DNA from: Actinomycetes bacterium
Lineage (GTDB): Bacteria > Actinomycetota > Thermoleophilia > Gaiellales > Gaiellaceae
DNA length: 64,000 bases
Reading direction: 5' to 3'
NCBI GenBank assembly: GCA_025358355.1
Contig: JANYJX010000014.1
Location: 2,893-66,892 of the forward strand
The position numbers were made by a program, and so were the translations under genes. A model generated the notes under the pieces. The model was not told the DNA's origin and ran no database searches. It worked only from the letters and a program-made list of their open reading frames with translations. Of this stretch, positions 10,436-20,171 are shown piece by piece; the stretch's first letter is position 1, and each line of letters starts with the position of its first letter.

Positions 10436-11480
10436 GCAGCCTGGGGCTGTCGGCCGGGAAACGCACAGACGTGAGCGTTCCGATCGGGGTCGAGCCTACG
10501 CGTGCCGTCGGGATGTCGGCGGTGATCTCGCCCTCGCCGACCGCGACTTTAACGCGCGTAACGGAGCCAAGGAACGTGTGCGAGACGACCGGGCCGCTGA
10601 GCACACCGCTCGGCTGAGAGCCCGCACCGAGAGGCTCGAGCTCGACGGTCTCCGGCCGGACGAGCAGGAGCACGCGCTCACCCGACGCGCGTCCGTGCGC
10701 TGCATCGACCGCGAGCCGCACGCCCGCGTACTCGACGCCGCCGTCGGCCACGGTCGCCCGCAGCCGGTTCATCGTCCCGATGAACTCCGCGACAAACGGC
10801 GTCGCCGGCGAGCCATACATCTCGGACGGCGGGCCGACCTGCTCGATGCGACCGCCATACATCACCGCCACGCGGTCGGAGATCGAGAGCGCCTCCTCCT
10901 GATCGTGCGTGACGTAGATCGTCGTGATTCCGAGCTCGAGCTGAATGCGTCGGATCTCCTCGCGCAGCTGCACGCGCACCTTTGCGTCGAGCGCCGAGAG
11001 CGGCTCATCAAGGAGCAGCACCTTCGGCTCGATCGCAAGCGCGCGCGCCAGCGCAACCCGCTGCTGCATGCCGCCGGAAAGCTGGTGCGGATACCTCTTC
11101 ACCGCATGACTGAGGCCAACAAGGTCGAGCAGCTCGCCGACGCGCTTGCGCCGGTCGCCGCGCGGCTGCCTCCGCACGCGCAACCCGTACTCGACGTTCT
11201 GCTCGGCGTTCATGTTCGGAAACAGGCTGTACGCCTGGAAGACCATCCCCATGTCGCGGCGATTCGGCGGCACGCTCGAGACATCTTCACCGTCGACGAC
11301 GATGCGGCCCGACGTCGGGCGATCGAAGCCGGCGACCAGGCGAAGCGCGGTCGTCTTGCCACAGCCGGACGGCCCGAGCAGCGAGAGAAACTCGCCGGTC
11401 TCGAGCGCAACGCTGATCCCCTTCAGCGCCTCGAAGTCGCCGAAGCTCCTGCGCAGCTCTTGCAACTCGACGTGTGGCAT
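10374..11480 (-). CDS. ABC transporter ATP-binding protein (PotA-like, TOBE domain)
   Basis: GPSGCGKTT, LSGGMQQR, LLLDEP and YVTHDQ motifs; start MPHVEL overlaps the upstream TGA. Confidence 0.93.
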   Translation of the reverse strand: MPHVELQELRRSFGDFEALKGISVALETGEFLSLLGPSGCGKTTALRLVAGFDRPTSGRIVVDGEDVSSVPPNRRDMGMVFQAYSLFPNMNAEQNVEYGLRVRRQPRGDRRKRVGELLDLVGLSHAVKRYPHQLSGGMQQRVALARALAIEPKVLLLDEPLSALDAKVRVQLREEIRRIQLELGITTIYVTHDQEEALSISDRVAVMYGGRIEQVGPPSEMYGSPATPFVAEFIGTMNRLRATVADGGVEYAGVRLAVDAAHGRASGERVLLLVRPETVELEPLGAGSQPSGVLSGPVVSHTFLGSVTRVKVAVGEGEITADIPTARVGSTPIGTLTSVRFPADSPRLLSLTDDEAEQVSAALALDDQ

Positions 11481-12292
11481 CAACGACCTCCCGCCGGTTG
11501 AGTTCGATTTCGACCAGAGCCGCGGCCGACGAAGAGCAGCCCGAGCATCGCGGCCCACGTGATGCCGAAGCTGACGAGCGACAGCGCAGCCGCCTCGTAG
11601 ACCTTCTCCGCGTTGACCTGCTGGATGTAGGTCGGGAACGTGAAGAACGCCGAGAGGCTCGCGATCGTGAACTCACCCATCACGATCGCCAGTGTCAGGA
11701 ACGCCCCGCCGAGCGCCGCCGTCCGAATGTTCGGCAGGATCACCCGGCCCATCGTCGTCCGCCAGCTTGCGCCGAGGCTCTGCGACGCCTCCGTCAGCGT
11801 GTGGATGTCGATCGCACGGAACCCGGCGTCCAGCGACCGGTAGACGTACGGGAAGGCGAGGATCACGTAGGCCGAGGTGAGGAAGTAGTGCGGCTTCTCG
11901 AGGAACCAGAGCGGCGCGTGGATCGTGCCGTTGTAGAACTTGAGCAGCCCGACGACGAGGATGATCGGCGGCACCACGAACGGCAAGATCGTCATGAATT
12001 CGATGTACGGGCGGACGCGCGGCAGCTTCAGGTGCACCCAATAGGCGGTCGGGACGAGCAGGACGAGGCTGATCGCGATCGTCTCGAGCGCGAGCTCGAC
12101 GGACAGCTGGAGCGTCTTCCAGAACGTGCGGTCGTGGATGACGGTGCCGTAGGCGCTGAGGCTATAGCTCGAATTCGACCCGCTCTGGAGGCTGAAGAGC
12201 ATCGTCGCGACGAGCGGCACGAGGAAGTAGACGCCACCGATCAGCAGCCACGTCACCGCGGAGAACGAGATCCGCGTTCTCACTTCATCCAC
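11480..12292 (-). CDS. ABC transporter permease (PotC-like)
   Basis: EASQSLGA EAA loop; multiple TM segments. Confidence 0.92.
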   Translation of the reverse strand: MDEVRTRISFSAVTWLLIGGVYFLVPLVATMLFSLQSGSNSSYSLSAYGTVIHDRTFWKTLQLSVELALETIAISLVLLVPTAYWVHLKLPRVRPYIEFMTILPFVVPPIILVVGLLKFYNGTIHAPLWFLEKPHYFLTSAYVILAFPYVYRSLDAGFRAIDIHTLTEASQSLGASWRTTMGRVILPNIRTAALGGAFLTLAIVMGEFTIASLSAFFTFPTYIQQVNAEKVYEAAALSLVSFGITWAAMLGLLFVGRGSGRNRTQPAGGR

Positions 12293-13179
12293 TTCGACGC
12301 GCGACGCTGAACGAGCGTGTACAGAACCATCGATGTGGCGATCACGATGATCATCCCGAACGCGAGCGCCTGGCTCAGATGCGGGTTCGAGAGCACGTCG
12401 CCGCCGATGTTCTGGCCGATGATGATCGGCACAAGGCTCACTCCACCGAGCTGCGACGCCGTGGCGTAGGCGGCGAACGAGTTGCCGAACAGCAGGATCG
12501 TCGCACCGAGCACCGACGGCAGCAATACGGGGAAGCCGATATGGCGCCAGTACTGGAACGAGCTCGCCCCGAGGTTCGACGACGCCTCACGCCACTCGGT
12601 CCGCAACCCGTCGATCGCCGGCGCGATCACGAGGATCATCAACGGGATCTGGAAATACAGGTAGACGAGCGCGACGCCCCAGAACGAGAAGAGCGTGAAG
12701 CCGTGGCGGTAGAGGTTGACGCCGAGGTGGTCGTTCAGCAGCTTCGTGACAATGCCGGTGAAACCGAGCGTCGCGATGAAGGCAAAGGCAAGCGGGATGC
12801 CGGCAAAGTTCGCCGCGACGCCCGAGAACGTCGTGAGGAGCGGCCTGATCCATCGCGGCGTGCCGTTTCGCACAGCGGCGTACGCCAGCAGCAGACCGAG
12901 GGTGCCACCGATGATCGCCGTGACGAGGCTGATCTCGATACTCGTCTTGAAGGCACGTACGTACTCCGGTGTGTGCACCACCGTCGAGAGGTTGTCGAAC
13001 GTGAACTTGCCCTTGTCACTCTTGAACGCGCCCACGAGGACGACCCCCGAGGGGAGCAGCAAGAACGCCGTCGCGTATGCGAAGAACGGCACGACGCCGA
13101 GCCACGCAAGCGGAAAGCGACGCCGGCCGGGTCTCGACGGACCCGGCCGGACGACGCTGTCAGCTTCGGCGCTAGTCAG
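12280..13179 (-). CDS. ABC transporter permease (PotB-like); start uncertain (CTG at 13179?)
   Basis: EASSNLGA EAA loop; YLYFQIPLM; TM segments. Confidence 0.88.
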   Translation of the reverse strand: MTSAEADSVVRPGPSRPGRRRFPLAWLGVVPFFAYATAFLLLPSGVVLVGAFKSDKGKFTFDNLSTVVHTPEYVRAFKTSIEISLVTAIIGGTLGLLLAYAAVRNGTPRWIRPLLTTFSGVAANFAGIPLAFAFIATLGFTGIVTKLLNDHLGVNLYRHGFTLFSFWGVALVYLYFQIPLMILVIAPAIDGLRTEWREASSNLGASSFQYWRHIGFPVLLPSVLGATILLFGNSFAAYATASQLGGVSLVPIIIGQNIGGDVLSNPHLSQALAFGMIIVIATSMVLYTLVQRRASKWMK

Positions 13180-13183
13180 GTTC

Positions 13184-14371
13184 CTAGGCCCCGAGAACCT
13201 TCGGGCCCCACTCAGCGGCGACCTTGGCCTTCGCCTTGGAGATCTGCGTGAGGCTCGCGACCTTGACGTTTGCATAGAGCGCCGCAGGCGGCAGCGCCGC
13301 GAGCAGCGCCTTCGGGATCACCTTTCTGGCGACGAGGTCCGGGAACCGGGCCGGATGCGCGAAGCCCTTGAGGAACAAGAGCTGCCCCTGGTCGGAGTAG
13401 AGGAACTCCTCCCAGAGCCTGGCCGCCCACGGGTGCGGTGCGGTCGCGTTGATCGCCTGGCAGTAGTACCCGGCGTAGGCACCGCTCTTCGGGACGCTGA
13501 CCCCCCACTTGAAGTTCGTGTAGATCTTCTTGTAGGCCAGCTGGTTGTAGTCCCAGTCCATCGTGATCGGCGTCTGGCCTGAAGCGACGGTCTGTGGCGT
13601 CACGTTGACCGCCTGAAACTTCCCGGCCTTGTTCAGCTTCGCGAAGAAGTCGATCCCCGGTCCGATGTCGTTGAGCGAGCCACCATTGGCGAGCGATGCT
13701 GCAAAGACGCCCGAGAAAGCGGCGTTCGCCTTACGTGGATCGTCGTTCAGGGCGAACTTGGCGTTCGCTGTGAGGAGATCGCTCCAGTCCGTCGGCACCT
13801 TGTCGACGACGCTGAGGTTCGCGCCGAATGACATGACGCCCCAGTAGTCCCCGGTCCAGAAGCCGCGACCGTCCTTCATCGCGCGGGGGATCGTCCTGAA
13901 GTTCGTGTTGTAGTACCTGGCGTACAGCCCTTGGTTCGCGGGACCGACGGCGAAGCCAGGACCGACGTCGACGGCATCTGGGGCACGGCTCTGACCCTTG
14001 AGCGAGATGACCGCCTGGACCTCTTCGCCCGAGCTGCCTTCCGGGTTGTCGACCGTGTTCGGGATCCCGTACTTCTTGGAGAAGGTCGGGATGATCTCGC
14101 CGTAGTTCGCCCACTCCGGCGGCGTGGCGATCAGGTTCAGCTTCCCTTCCTTCTTCGCCTCGGCGACCAACTCAGCCATCGAGATGCTCCCACCTTTGAG
14201 CGGCGGCGCCTTGAGCACCGTCTGGCGCGCGGCCAGCGCGGCCGCGGGCGCCGAAAGAACCGTCAGTCCTGCTCCTGCTGCCAGCCCTCGCTTGAGGAGC
14301 CTGCGCCGATCGAGCTTGTCTTCGTCGAGCCTGCGCAGGAACTCATACTCCTGCTCTTGGAAATCCTCCAT
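13184..14371 (-). CDS. ABC transporter substrate-binding protein with Tat-like signal
   Basis: GGAGG RBS before ATG 14371; DRRRLLKRG twin-arginine leader; PPEWANYGE and SSGEE motifs; NATAPHP hinge. Confidence 0.88.
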   Translation of the reverse strand: MEDFQEQEYEFLRRLDEDKLDRRRLLKRGLAAGAGLTVLSAPAAALAARQTVLKAPPLKGGSISMAELVAEAKKEGKLNLIATPPEWANYGEIIPTFSKKYGIPNTVDNPEGSSGEEVQAVISLKGQSRAPDAVDVGPGFAVGPANQGLYARYYNTNFRTIPRAMKDGRGFWTGDYWGVMSFGANLSVVDKVPTDWSDLLTANAKFALNDDPRKANAAFSGVFAASLANGGSLNDIGPGIDFFAKLNKAGKFQAVNVTPQTVASGQTPITMDWDYNQLAYKKIYTNFKWGVSVPKSGAYAGYYCQAINATAPHPWAARLWEEFLYSDQGQLLFLKGFAHPARFPDLVARKVIPKALLAALPPAALYANVKVASLTQISKAKAKVAAEWGPKVLGA

Positions 14372-14505
14372 CTGCCCTCCCGTTTGCATGGCCTACCTCG
14401 CCACCGTATGGGTGATCAACACGCCCGAGCATTCGGACGCAACGTACTCCTTGCACACTCGTGAATTGTTTTCAAGTGGTGGCTGCATTGTGAAAGGCTG
14501 ACCGG

Positions 14506-14894
14506 ATGACCGGCTTCTGGCCAACCGACGGCGTCTGGCTCCGGTGCGCTCTCCACGCACACACGACGCGGTCGGACGGTGAGCTGCCGCCGGCTGGCCT
14601 CGCACAGCACTACGCGCGTGCCGGCCGAGCTAGCCACGCTGGGCACGGAGTACGCCGACCTCGCGCGCACCGCGGACTGGATCGAGGAGCACGGCGGCAT
14701 CGCCTTTCTCGCGCCGCGGGCTGTCGTCGGTGCACTGGGATGAGTTGCTCGACGCCGGCCGCGTCTGCCCTGCGATCGCGACGGACGATTCGCATCATCC
14801 CGGGTTCGGCTCGGACCACGCGTGGACGTGGGTGCGGGCAGCCGAGCACTCCGCTGCAGCGGAGTTGCGCGCCCTCGCCACCGACTCGTTCTAA
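14506..14894 (+). pseudogene. PHP-domain metallohydrolase remnant with internal deletions and frameshifts
   Basis: LHAHTTRSDG in one frame, then WIEEHGGIAFLA and HWDELLDAGR...ATDDSHH...HAWTWV in other frames. Confidence 0.65.
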
Positions 14895-14898
14895 CGAG

Positions 14899-16071
14899 CT
14901 AGTCGTCCAATGTCGTGGTCTCGGGGGCCTCGGGCGGCTCGGGCTGATCGGATGTCTCCGAGCTCGGCGCGCTGAGGGCGACCGAGGGTGACACCGGCGT
15001 CGACGGTGCTGCCGGCGGCGGGACAGCTCCGTCTGTTGGCGCGCCGCTCGGCGGAGGTGCGACTGGCGGTAGGCCGCCATGATCTGTCGGCGCGGCGGCG
15101 GGAGAGTTGGCAGGATCGCTCGGCGCCGGATCATTCGTCGTTGAGGCAGGCGGCGGAGCTTTGAGGCTGCGATCCCCCATCCGCGTCGGCGCCGCAGCGG
15201 TTACGAGCATCCGAACGGGCAACACAGCCGCCTGCGGCACAGAAACGCGTTGGGCTTTCACCGCCACGTCTTTCCGCACGTATTGCGCCGGACGCTGTGG
15301 GACGAGGGCCGCCTGAGCAACTATGGTTGGCGCCGGGACAGGTGCGGCCGAAGCAACCGGCGAAGGCGCATGTCGACCGAGCCCGGCCGAACTGGCAACG
15401 ACAAGCGCAGCTCCGGCACCGGCCGCCGCAAGCTTGGCGGCGATCGGCAGCGACGCCAGCTTTGCGAGCGTCCCCATTGCAGGCTGATCAAATCCGGGGA
15501 TCAGTCGCGCGAGCTGGTCGCGAAGCGCCACTGGGACGAGCAGACCGTTCACGCCGCTGAGCGCGCGCCGCAGGCTCGTGCGAGCCCGGAAGAGCAGCGA
15601 GTCGACCGCCGGTTCGCTCACCCCGAGCGCGAGCGCCAACTCGCTGTACGAGAGACCGGCGAACTCGCGCAACATGAACGCCTCGCGTTGCGGCCGTGAC
15701 AACGCCTCGAGCCCCGCTCGCAGGACAGCGAAATCCGCGTTGCGCTCGGCGAGCTCGAGCGGATCGGCCTGCGGCGACGGAACCTCGTGCAGCGCGAGCG
15801 GTTCGCGCATCCGCAGCTTGATCCTCGACCAGCACTCGTTGCGGGCGATCGCCGCGAGCCACGCCGCCGGCTCCCGCGGCACTGCGCCACCAAGCAAGCT
15901 GCGATAGGCAGACAGGAACGACTCCTGCGCCGCATCCTCCGCCTCCGTCACATCTCGAAGCAGGAAACGACAAAGCCCAAGGACGGTTCGCCCATGGGCT
16001 TCGTACAGCGCAGCGACCCGGACACCAGCGTCCGGGTCGCACGCCTCAAACAGCTGCTGACTAACGGTCAC
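14899..16071 (-). CDS. ECF sigma-70 factor with fused TM segment and long Pro/Ala-rich C-terminal extension
   Basis: AEDAAQESFL, WLAAIARNEC (region 2) and QREAFMLREFAGLSYSELA...SLLFRAR (region 4); start GTG 16071 inferred. Confidence 0.85.
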   Translation of the reverse strand: MTVSQQLFEACDPDAGVRVAALYEAHGRTVLGLCRFLLRDVTEAEDAAQESFLSAYRSLLGGAVPREPAAWLAAIARNECWSRIKLRMREPLALHEVPSPQADPLELAERNADFAVLRAGLEALSRPQREAFMLREFAGLSYSELALALGVSEPAVDSLLFRARTSLRRALSGVNGLLVPVALRDQLARLIPGFDQPAMGTLAKLASLPIAAKLAAAGAGAALVVASSAGLGRHAPSPVASAAPVPAPTIVAQAALVPQRPAQYVRKDVAVKAQRVSVPQAAVLPVRMLVTAAAPTRMGDRSLKAPPPASTTNDPAPSDPANSPAAAPTDHGGLPPVAPPPSGAPTDGAVPPPAAPSTPVSPSVALSAPSSETSDQPEPPEAPETTTLDD

Positions 16072-16921
16072 CGCCGCCGCCGTCACCACTGCCGCTGCCA
16101 CCTCCGTCACCTGAACCCTGGTCACCTGAACCGCTGCCAGAGCCGTCGTCGCCGGGGCCGGCTTGGTCGCCGCCGCTGCCGTCGTCCGCGCCGGGCTGTC
16201 CGTCATCACCGGAGCCGCCCTGGTCATTACCCTGGTCCTCGCCAGCTTGAACCGAGTCGACCGACACGAGTGTGAAGACGTTGTTCGCATCGACGGACAC
16301 AGACAGCTCTACCTCGTCACCGATGGCCAACGTAGCCGGGAGCAGAGTCGGATCGGACACCGTGATCGAGATCGGCAGGCCTTCCACATTCACGACTAAC
16401 GGCGACACCGTCACGACCTGACCCTCGACCTCGACGGTCGTCGTCGTGCCGAGCGCTTTCGCCGATGTCTCGCGCACACCGCCCTTGCCAATCGCAACAC
16501 CGAACCGCGCGATCGAGCCCGGGGCGAGCCCTCGAGAAGCAAACGATCGTGTAGCGCTGCGACGTCCGATCGCGATCACGCTACCACCCGTCGAGACCAG
16601 CGTCCGGCTCGCCAGCCGCCGAATCACGACGCCCTGAACCATCGCGCTGCGCACGTGGCCGAGCACCCGGAGAGAACTCGCGCTCACCGTTCCATCGCTC
16701 AACTTCGCGCCGCCGACCCGGATTCGATCTCCGAGCCGCACCGCCGCGAGCCGCGCGTGCACCGTCCGCGCCGCGCCCGACTGGGTTGCCACAACCAGCG
16801 TCCCACGCTTCGCTTCCTTCGCGACAACGACACCGGTGAACGTCGAGCCGGCCGCATGCGCGGCAGCTGGGATAACAGCCGCGGCCATGACCGCAAACGA
16901 AAGGATCAATCTCGTACGCAC
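16061..16921 (-). CDS. Exported protein with repeated OB-fold-like (DUF5666-like) domains and a Gly/Asp-rich tail
   Basis: AGGAG RBS, signal peptide MRTRLILSFAVMAAAVIPAAAHA, GDxVxV-type repeats and a low-complexity GD tail. Confidence 0.6.
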   Translation of the reverse strand: MRTRLILSFAVMAAAVIPAAAHAAGSTFTGVVVAKEAKRGTLVVATQSGAARTVHARLAAVRLGDRIRVGGAKLSDGTVSASSLRVLGHVRSAMVQGVVIRRLASRTLVSTGGSVIAIGRRSATRSFASRGLAPGSIARFGVAIGKGGVRETSAKALGTTTTVEVEGQVVTVSPLVVNVEGLPISITVSDPTLLPATLAIGDEVELSVSVDANNVFTLVSVDSVQAGEDQGNDQGGSGDDGQPGADDGSGGDQAGPGDDGSGSGSGDQGSGDGGGSGSGDGGGGDR

Positions 16922-17032
16922 AGGAACTCCTCGGATCGGAAACAGAGACGGCCCGGACGGTTCACCGAACAAGTCGGTCACCAAGTAAGAGCGGTCAGCC
17001 GCGAAAAACCTGCGCACCCATACGGGGGATCC

Positions 17033-18094
17033 TCAAGCAAAAGCTCGTTGGAGGCGCACAAACAGCGCCTCGAGAGCGAGCGACGCGTTCACATTGAACT
17101 CCTCGGCTCCGCGCCAGGCCGTCCGAACTATCTCCGCGGCTCGCTCGGCCGCGACACCGCGCTCCGAATCGGCGCGGAGATCGTCAAGGCGATCCGCATA
17201 AGTCGCTGCCGCCTCGGCTCCCGCGGACACGACCACAAGATCTCGGTACCACGCTGCGAGCGCCTCCAGCGACGCGAGCAGCTCGTCGCGCTCAGCACCG
17301 CGCTGCGCGCGCCTGACCCGCTGCTCGGCGTCACGCCCCGTCAACTCGCGTCGCTCGACCTCGGCCTCCTCGCCCTCCTTCGCGCGCTTGCCAGCGCTCG
17401 ACGTCGCCTCCAGGACGACACCTGTCGCGCGAGCTGGGTCGAACGAAGCGTCGAGATACACCGAGCGTGCCGTGTCGACGAGCTGACGACGCGCCTCGGC
17501 GTGCTCCGGATCGAGCAGGCGCTCGGCACGATCAAGTCTCCCGCCGGAACTCCGGGCGATCGCGGTGACCGTCGCCTCGTCGAGCGCGGAATCCCGGCCC
17601 GCAACCCACGCGCGCACGGCCCCGTCGGACAGCCGGTGGAACGGCACGAGTTGGCAACGCGACCGGATCGTCTCGGGCAGCGGCCCGAGCTCGTCGGCGA
17701 CAAGAACCATCGTCGCGTACGCCGGCGGCTCCTCCAGATCCTTGAGCAGCGCGTCGGCGGCGTCAGCGTTCAGCCGATCGGCCTCGAGAAGGAGATAGAC
17801 GCGCCGATCCGCCTCGAATGGCCGCATGTGGAGATCGCGGCGCATCGCGCGAATCTCGTCGATCCGGATCATCTCGCCGAGCGGCTCAAGAATGTAGAGA
17901 TCCGGGTGGATCGAGCGGCGCCCCTGCGAGAGTTCGTCGTCGCCAATGATCGCCGCGGCAAACGCCCGAGCCGCCGCGGTCTTCCCGACACCAGCCGGCC
18001 CGTGCAGGAGATACGCGTTCGCAGGCCCGTCGGCGAGAGCGGCAACGAGCAGGCGCTTGGCCGCAGTCTGCTCAGGAATGGCTGAGAAAGGCAC
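17033..18094 (-). CDS. holB: DNA polymerase III delta-prime subunit
   Basis: YLLHGPAGVGKT, HPDL, IRIDEIR, ADALLKDLEEP and TIRSRC motifs; directly downstream of tmk. Confidence 0.9.
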   Translation of the reverse strand: MPFSAIPEQTAAKRLLVAALADGPANAYLLHGPAGVGKTAAARAFAAAIIGDDELSQGRRSIHPDLYILEPLGEMIRIDEIRAMRRDLHMRPFEADRRVYLLLEADRLNADAADALLKDLEEPPAYATMVLVADELGPLPETIRSRCQLVPFHRLSDGAVRAWVAGRDSALDEATVTAIARSSGGRLDRAERLLDPEHAEARRQLVDTARSVYLDASFDPARATGVVLEATSSAGKRAKEGEEAEVERRELTGRDAEQRVRRAQRGAERDELLASLEALAAWYRDLVVVSAGAEAAATYADRLDDLRADSERGVAAERAAEIVRTAWRGAEEFNVNASLALEALFVRLQRAFA

Positions 18095-18668
18095 CGTGGA
18101 TCCTCTCCGCAAGTTCGTCCGGCGGGAGCGTCGCATCGAGGACGACGATCCGCTCCGGAAAGCGGGCGGCAAGCTCGCGGTAGCCCGCGGCGGCGCGGGC
18201 GTGGAAGCTCGCGTCCTCGCGCTCGAGCCGATCTCGCTTCCCAGTCATGCGCGAGTCGGCGACGGTGGCGTCCATCTCCAGCAACAGCGTGAGATCGGGA
18301 AGCAGACCGCCAACCGCGGCGAGATTCAGGTCGAGCACGCGTTCGAGCCCGAGCCCGCGTGCGATGCCCTGGTAGGCCACCGACGAGTCGACATAGCGAT
18401 CGCAGAGCATGACCGCCCCACGCGCGAGCGCCGGCCGGATCACCTCCTCGACATGCTGCGCGCGCGACGCCGCATAGAGCGCTGCCTCCGCCCACGGCGC
18501 CACGTTGCCGCCGTGCAGGAGGAGATCGCGAATCGCTTCGCCAAGCTCGGTTCCGCCTGGCTCGCGCGTCACGACCACGGTCTGCCCCTTAGCCGTCAGG
18601 CGTTCGGCGAGCAAGCGCAGCTGCGTGGTCTTGCCGGAGCCGTCAAGCCCCTCGAAGGTGACGAACAT
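18072..18668 (-). CDS. tmk: Thymidylate kinase
   Basis: FVTFEGLDGSGKTTQ, TREPGGT, CDRYVDSSVAYQG and DRLE motifs. Confidence 0.95.
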   Translation of the reverse strand: MFVTFEGLDGSGKTTQLRLLAERLTAKGQTVVVTREPGGTELGEAIRDLLLHGGNVAPWAEAALYAASRAQHVEEVIRPALARGAVMLCDRYVDSSVAYQGIARGLGLERVLDLNLAAVGGLLPDLTLLLEMDATVADSRMTGKRDRLEREDASFHARAAAGYRELAARFPERIVVLDATLPPDELAERIHGAFLSHS

Positions 18669-18710
18669 CGAAGTCAAGGATACGAGTGCGCACTCATCTA
18701 GGGTTGGGCG

Positions 18711-19613
18711 ATGCGCGTGATCGTCACAGGCGGAGCCGGGTTCATCGGCTCGCACGTCGTCGATGCCCTCGTGGCGCGCGGCGATGAGGTGCATGTCCTC
18801 GACAACCTCGCGACCGGCTCCAGAGAAAATGTCGCGCCAGCCGCGATGCTTCACGAAGGCGACATCCGCACTGATGCTGGGCGGCTTTTCGACAAAGTCC
18901 AACCGGAGCTGTGCGTGCATCTCGCGGCCCAAGCGGATGTCAGCACCTCGGTTCAGCGGCCCGACTACGACGCCGAGGTGAACGTACTCGGCACGGTGCG
19001 GATCCTGGAAGCGGCTCGCGCCCACGACGCGCAGGTCGTCTTCAGCTCGACGGGCGGCGCGATCTACGGCGAGTGCGACGGCCCTGCGGCCGAGGCGGCG
19101 CCACGCCGGCCGCTCTCGCCGTATGGCATCGCGAAGCTCGCAGCCGAGGAGTACCTCGCCGGCTGGAATCGCCTCTACGGGACAGGCCATGTCGCGCTCC
19201 GCTTCGCGAATGTCTACGGCCCGCGCCAGTCGGCGAGCCTCGAAGGAGGCGTTGTCGCGATCTTCCTCGAGCGCATGGCGGCGGGCCAGCCGACAGCGAT
19301 ATACGGCGACGGAGGCCAGACGCGCGACTTCGTCTACGTCGGCGATGTCGCCGAAGCCGTTCTCGCGGCTGTTCGTCACGCTGGCGGCGTCTTCAACATC
19401 GGAACCGGAGTCGAGATCTCCGTCAGTGAGCTCCACGCGGCTTGCCGCCGCGCCACCGGATCGGCCGATCTTCCCTCGCGCGGGCCAGCGCGCGAAGGCG
19501 ATGTCGTCCGCAGCGTGATTGACCCGACGCTCGCCGCGACCGCGCTCGGCTGGCACGCGCGGACATCGCTCGACGACGGCCTCGCCCTCACGTGGGCGGC
19601 GGCGCAGGACTGA
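18711..19613 (+). CDS. NAD-dependent epimerase/dehydratase (UDP-glucose 4-epimerase-like)
   Basis: TGGAGFIGS, SSTGGAIYG, YGIAK and NVYGPRQ motifs; TAGGGT 6 nt upstream (leaderless). Confidence 0.92.
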   Translation: MRVIVTGGAGFIGSHVVDALVARGDEVHVLDNLATGSRENVAPAAMLHEGDIRTDAGRLFDKVQPELCVHLAAQADVSTSVQRPDYDAEVNVLGTVRILEAARAHDAQVVFSSTGGAIYGECDGPAAEAAPRRPLSPYGIAKLAAEEYLAGWNRLYGTGHVALRFANVYGPRQSASLEGGVVAIFLERMAAGQPTAIYGDGGQTRDFVYVGDVAEAVLAAVRHAGGVFNIGTGVEISVSELHAACRRATGSADLPSRGPAREGDVVRSVIDPTLAATALGWHARTSLDDGLALTWAAAQD

Positions 19614-19659
19614 CGCTGGAGAAGGACTAGCGCCGGGGCAGGCGAACTCCCGTCTCGCC

Positions 19660-20166
19660 ATGGATCATCCGCTCACAGCGTTCGACACCGTCCGCCCCTG
19701 GCGCACCGCGACCCTCATTGCCGTTGCGGTTGCTGCGCTCGAACTCGTACTGCTTGTCATCGTCGGAGGAACGCTGTTCGCACGCCACGCGACCTCCGCG
19801 CATGCGACACCCGTTCGCGCGCACACCGTCCGCGTCGCGCCCACCCGGCTCCACATCACGAAGGCGAAGCCCGCAGCCCTCCACCTCACGCGTCGCCACG
19901 TCGGCGTGCTCATCCTGAACGGAAACGGCCAGCACGGCGCCGCGTCGTCGGCAGCCGCGCGCGTACGCAGCCACGGCTATCCGATCCGGGCAGTCGGGAA
20001 TGCGCAGCGGATGGACTACACGCGCAGCATCGTGATGTTCCGCCCCGGCTTCGAGGCCGAGGGCCGCCGCCTCGGACGCGACCTTGGGATCGCGACCGTC
20101 GGCCCGCTCGACGGCCTCCGCGCGGCGCAGCTGCACGGCGCCAAAGCCGTTCTCGTCGTCGGCTAG
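19660..20166 (+). CDS. Membrane-anchored LytR C-terminal domain protein
   Basis: N-terminal TM, then VLILNGNGQHGAA...VGNA, typical of LytR_C. Confidence 0.75.
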   Translation: MDHPLTAFDTVRPWRTATLIAVAVAALELVLLVIVGGTLFARHATSAHATPVRAHTVRVAPTRLHITKAKPAALHLTRRHVGVLILNGNGQHGAASSAAARVRSHGYPIRAVGNAQRMDYTRSIVMFRPGFEAEGRRLGRDLGIATVGPLDGLRAAQLHGAKAVLVVG

Positions 20167-20171
20167 CCGGT

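Noticed and set aside
16061-16260. Gly/Asp-rich repeats as a DNA repeat element
   Set aside because: They are explained by the low-complexity protein tail and are not a regular nucleotide array
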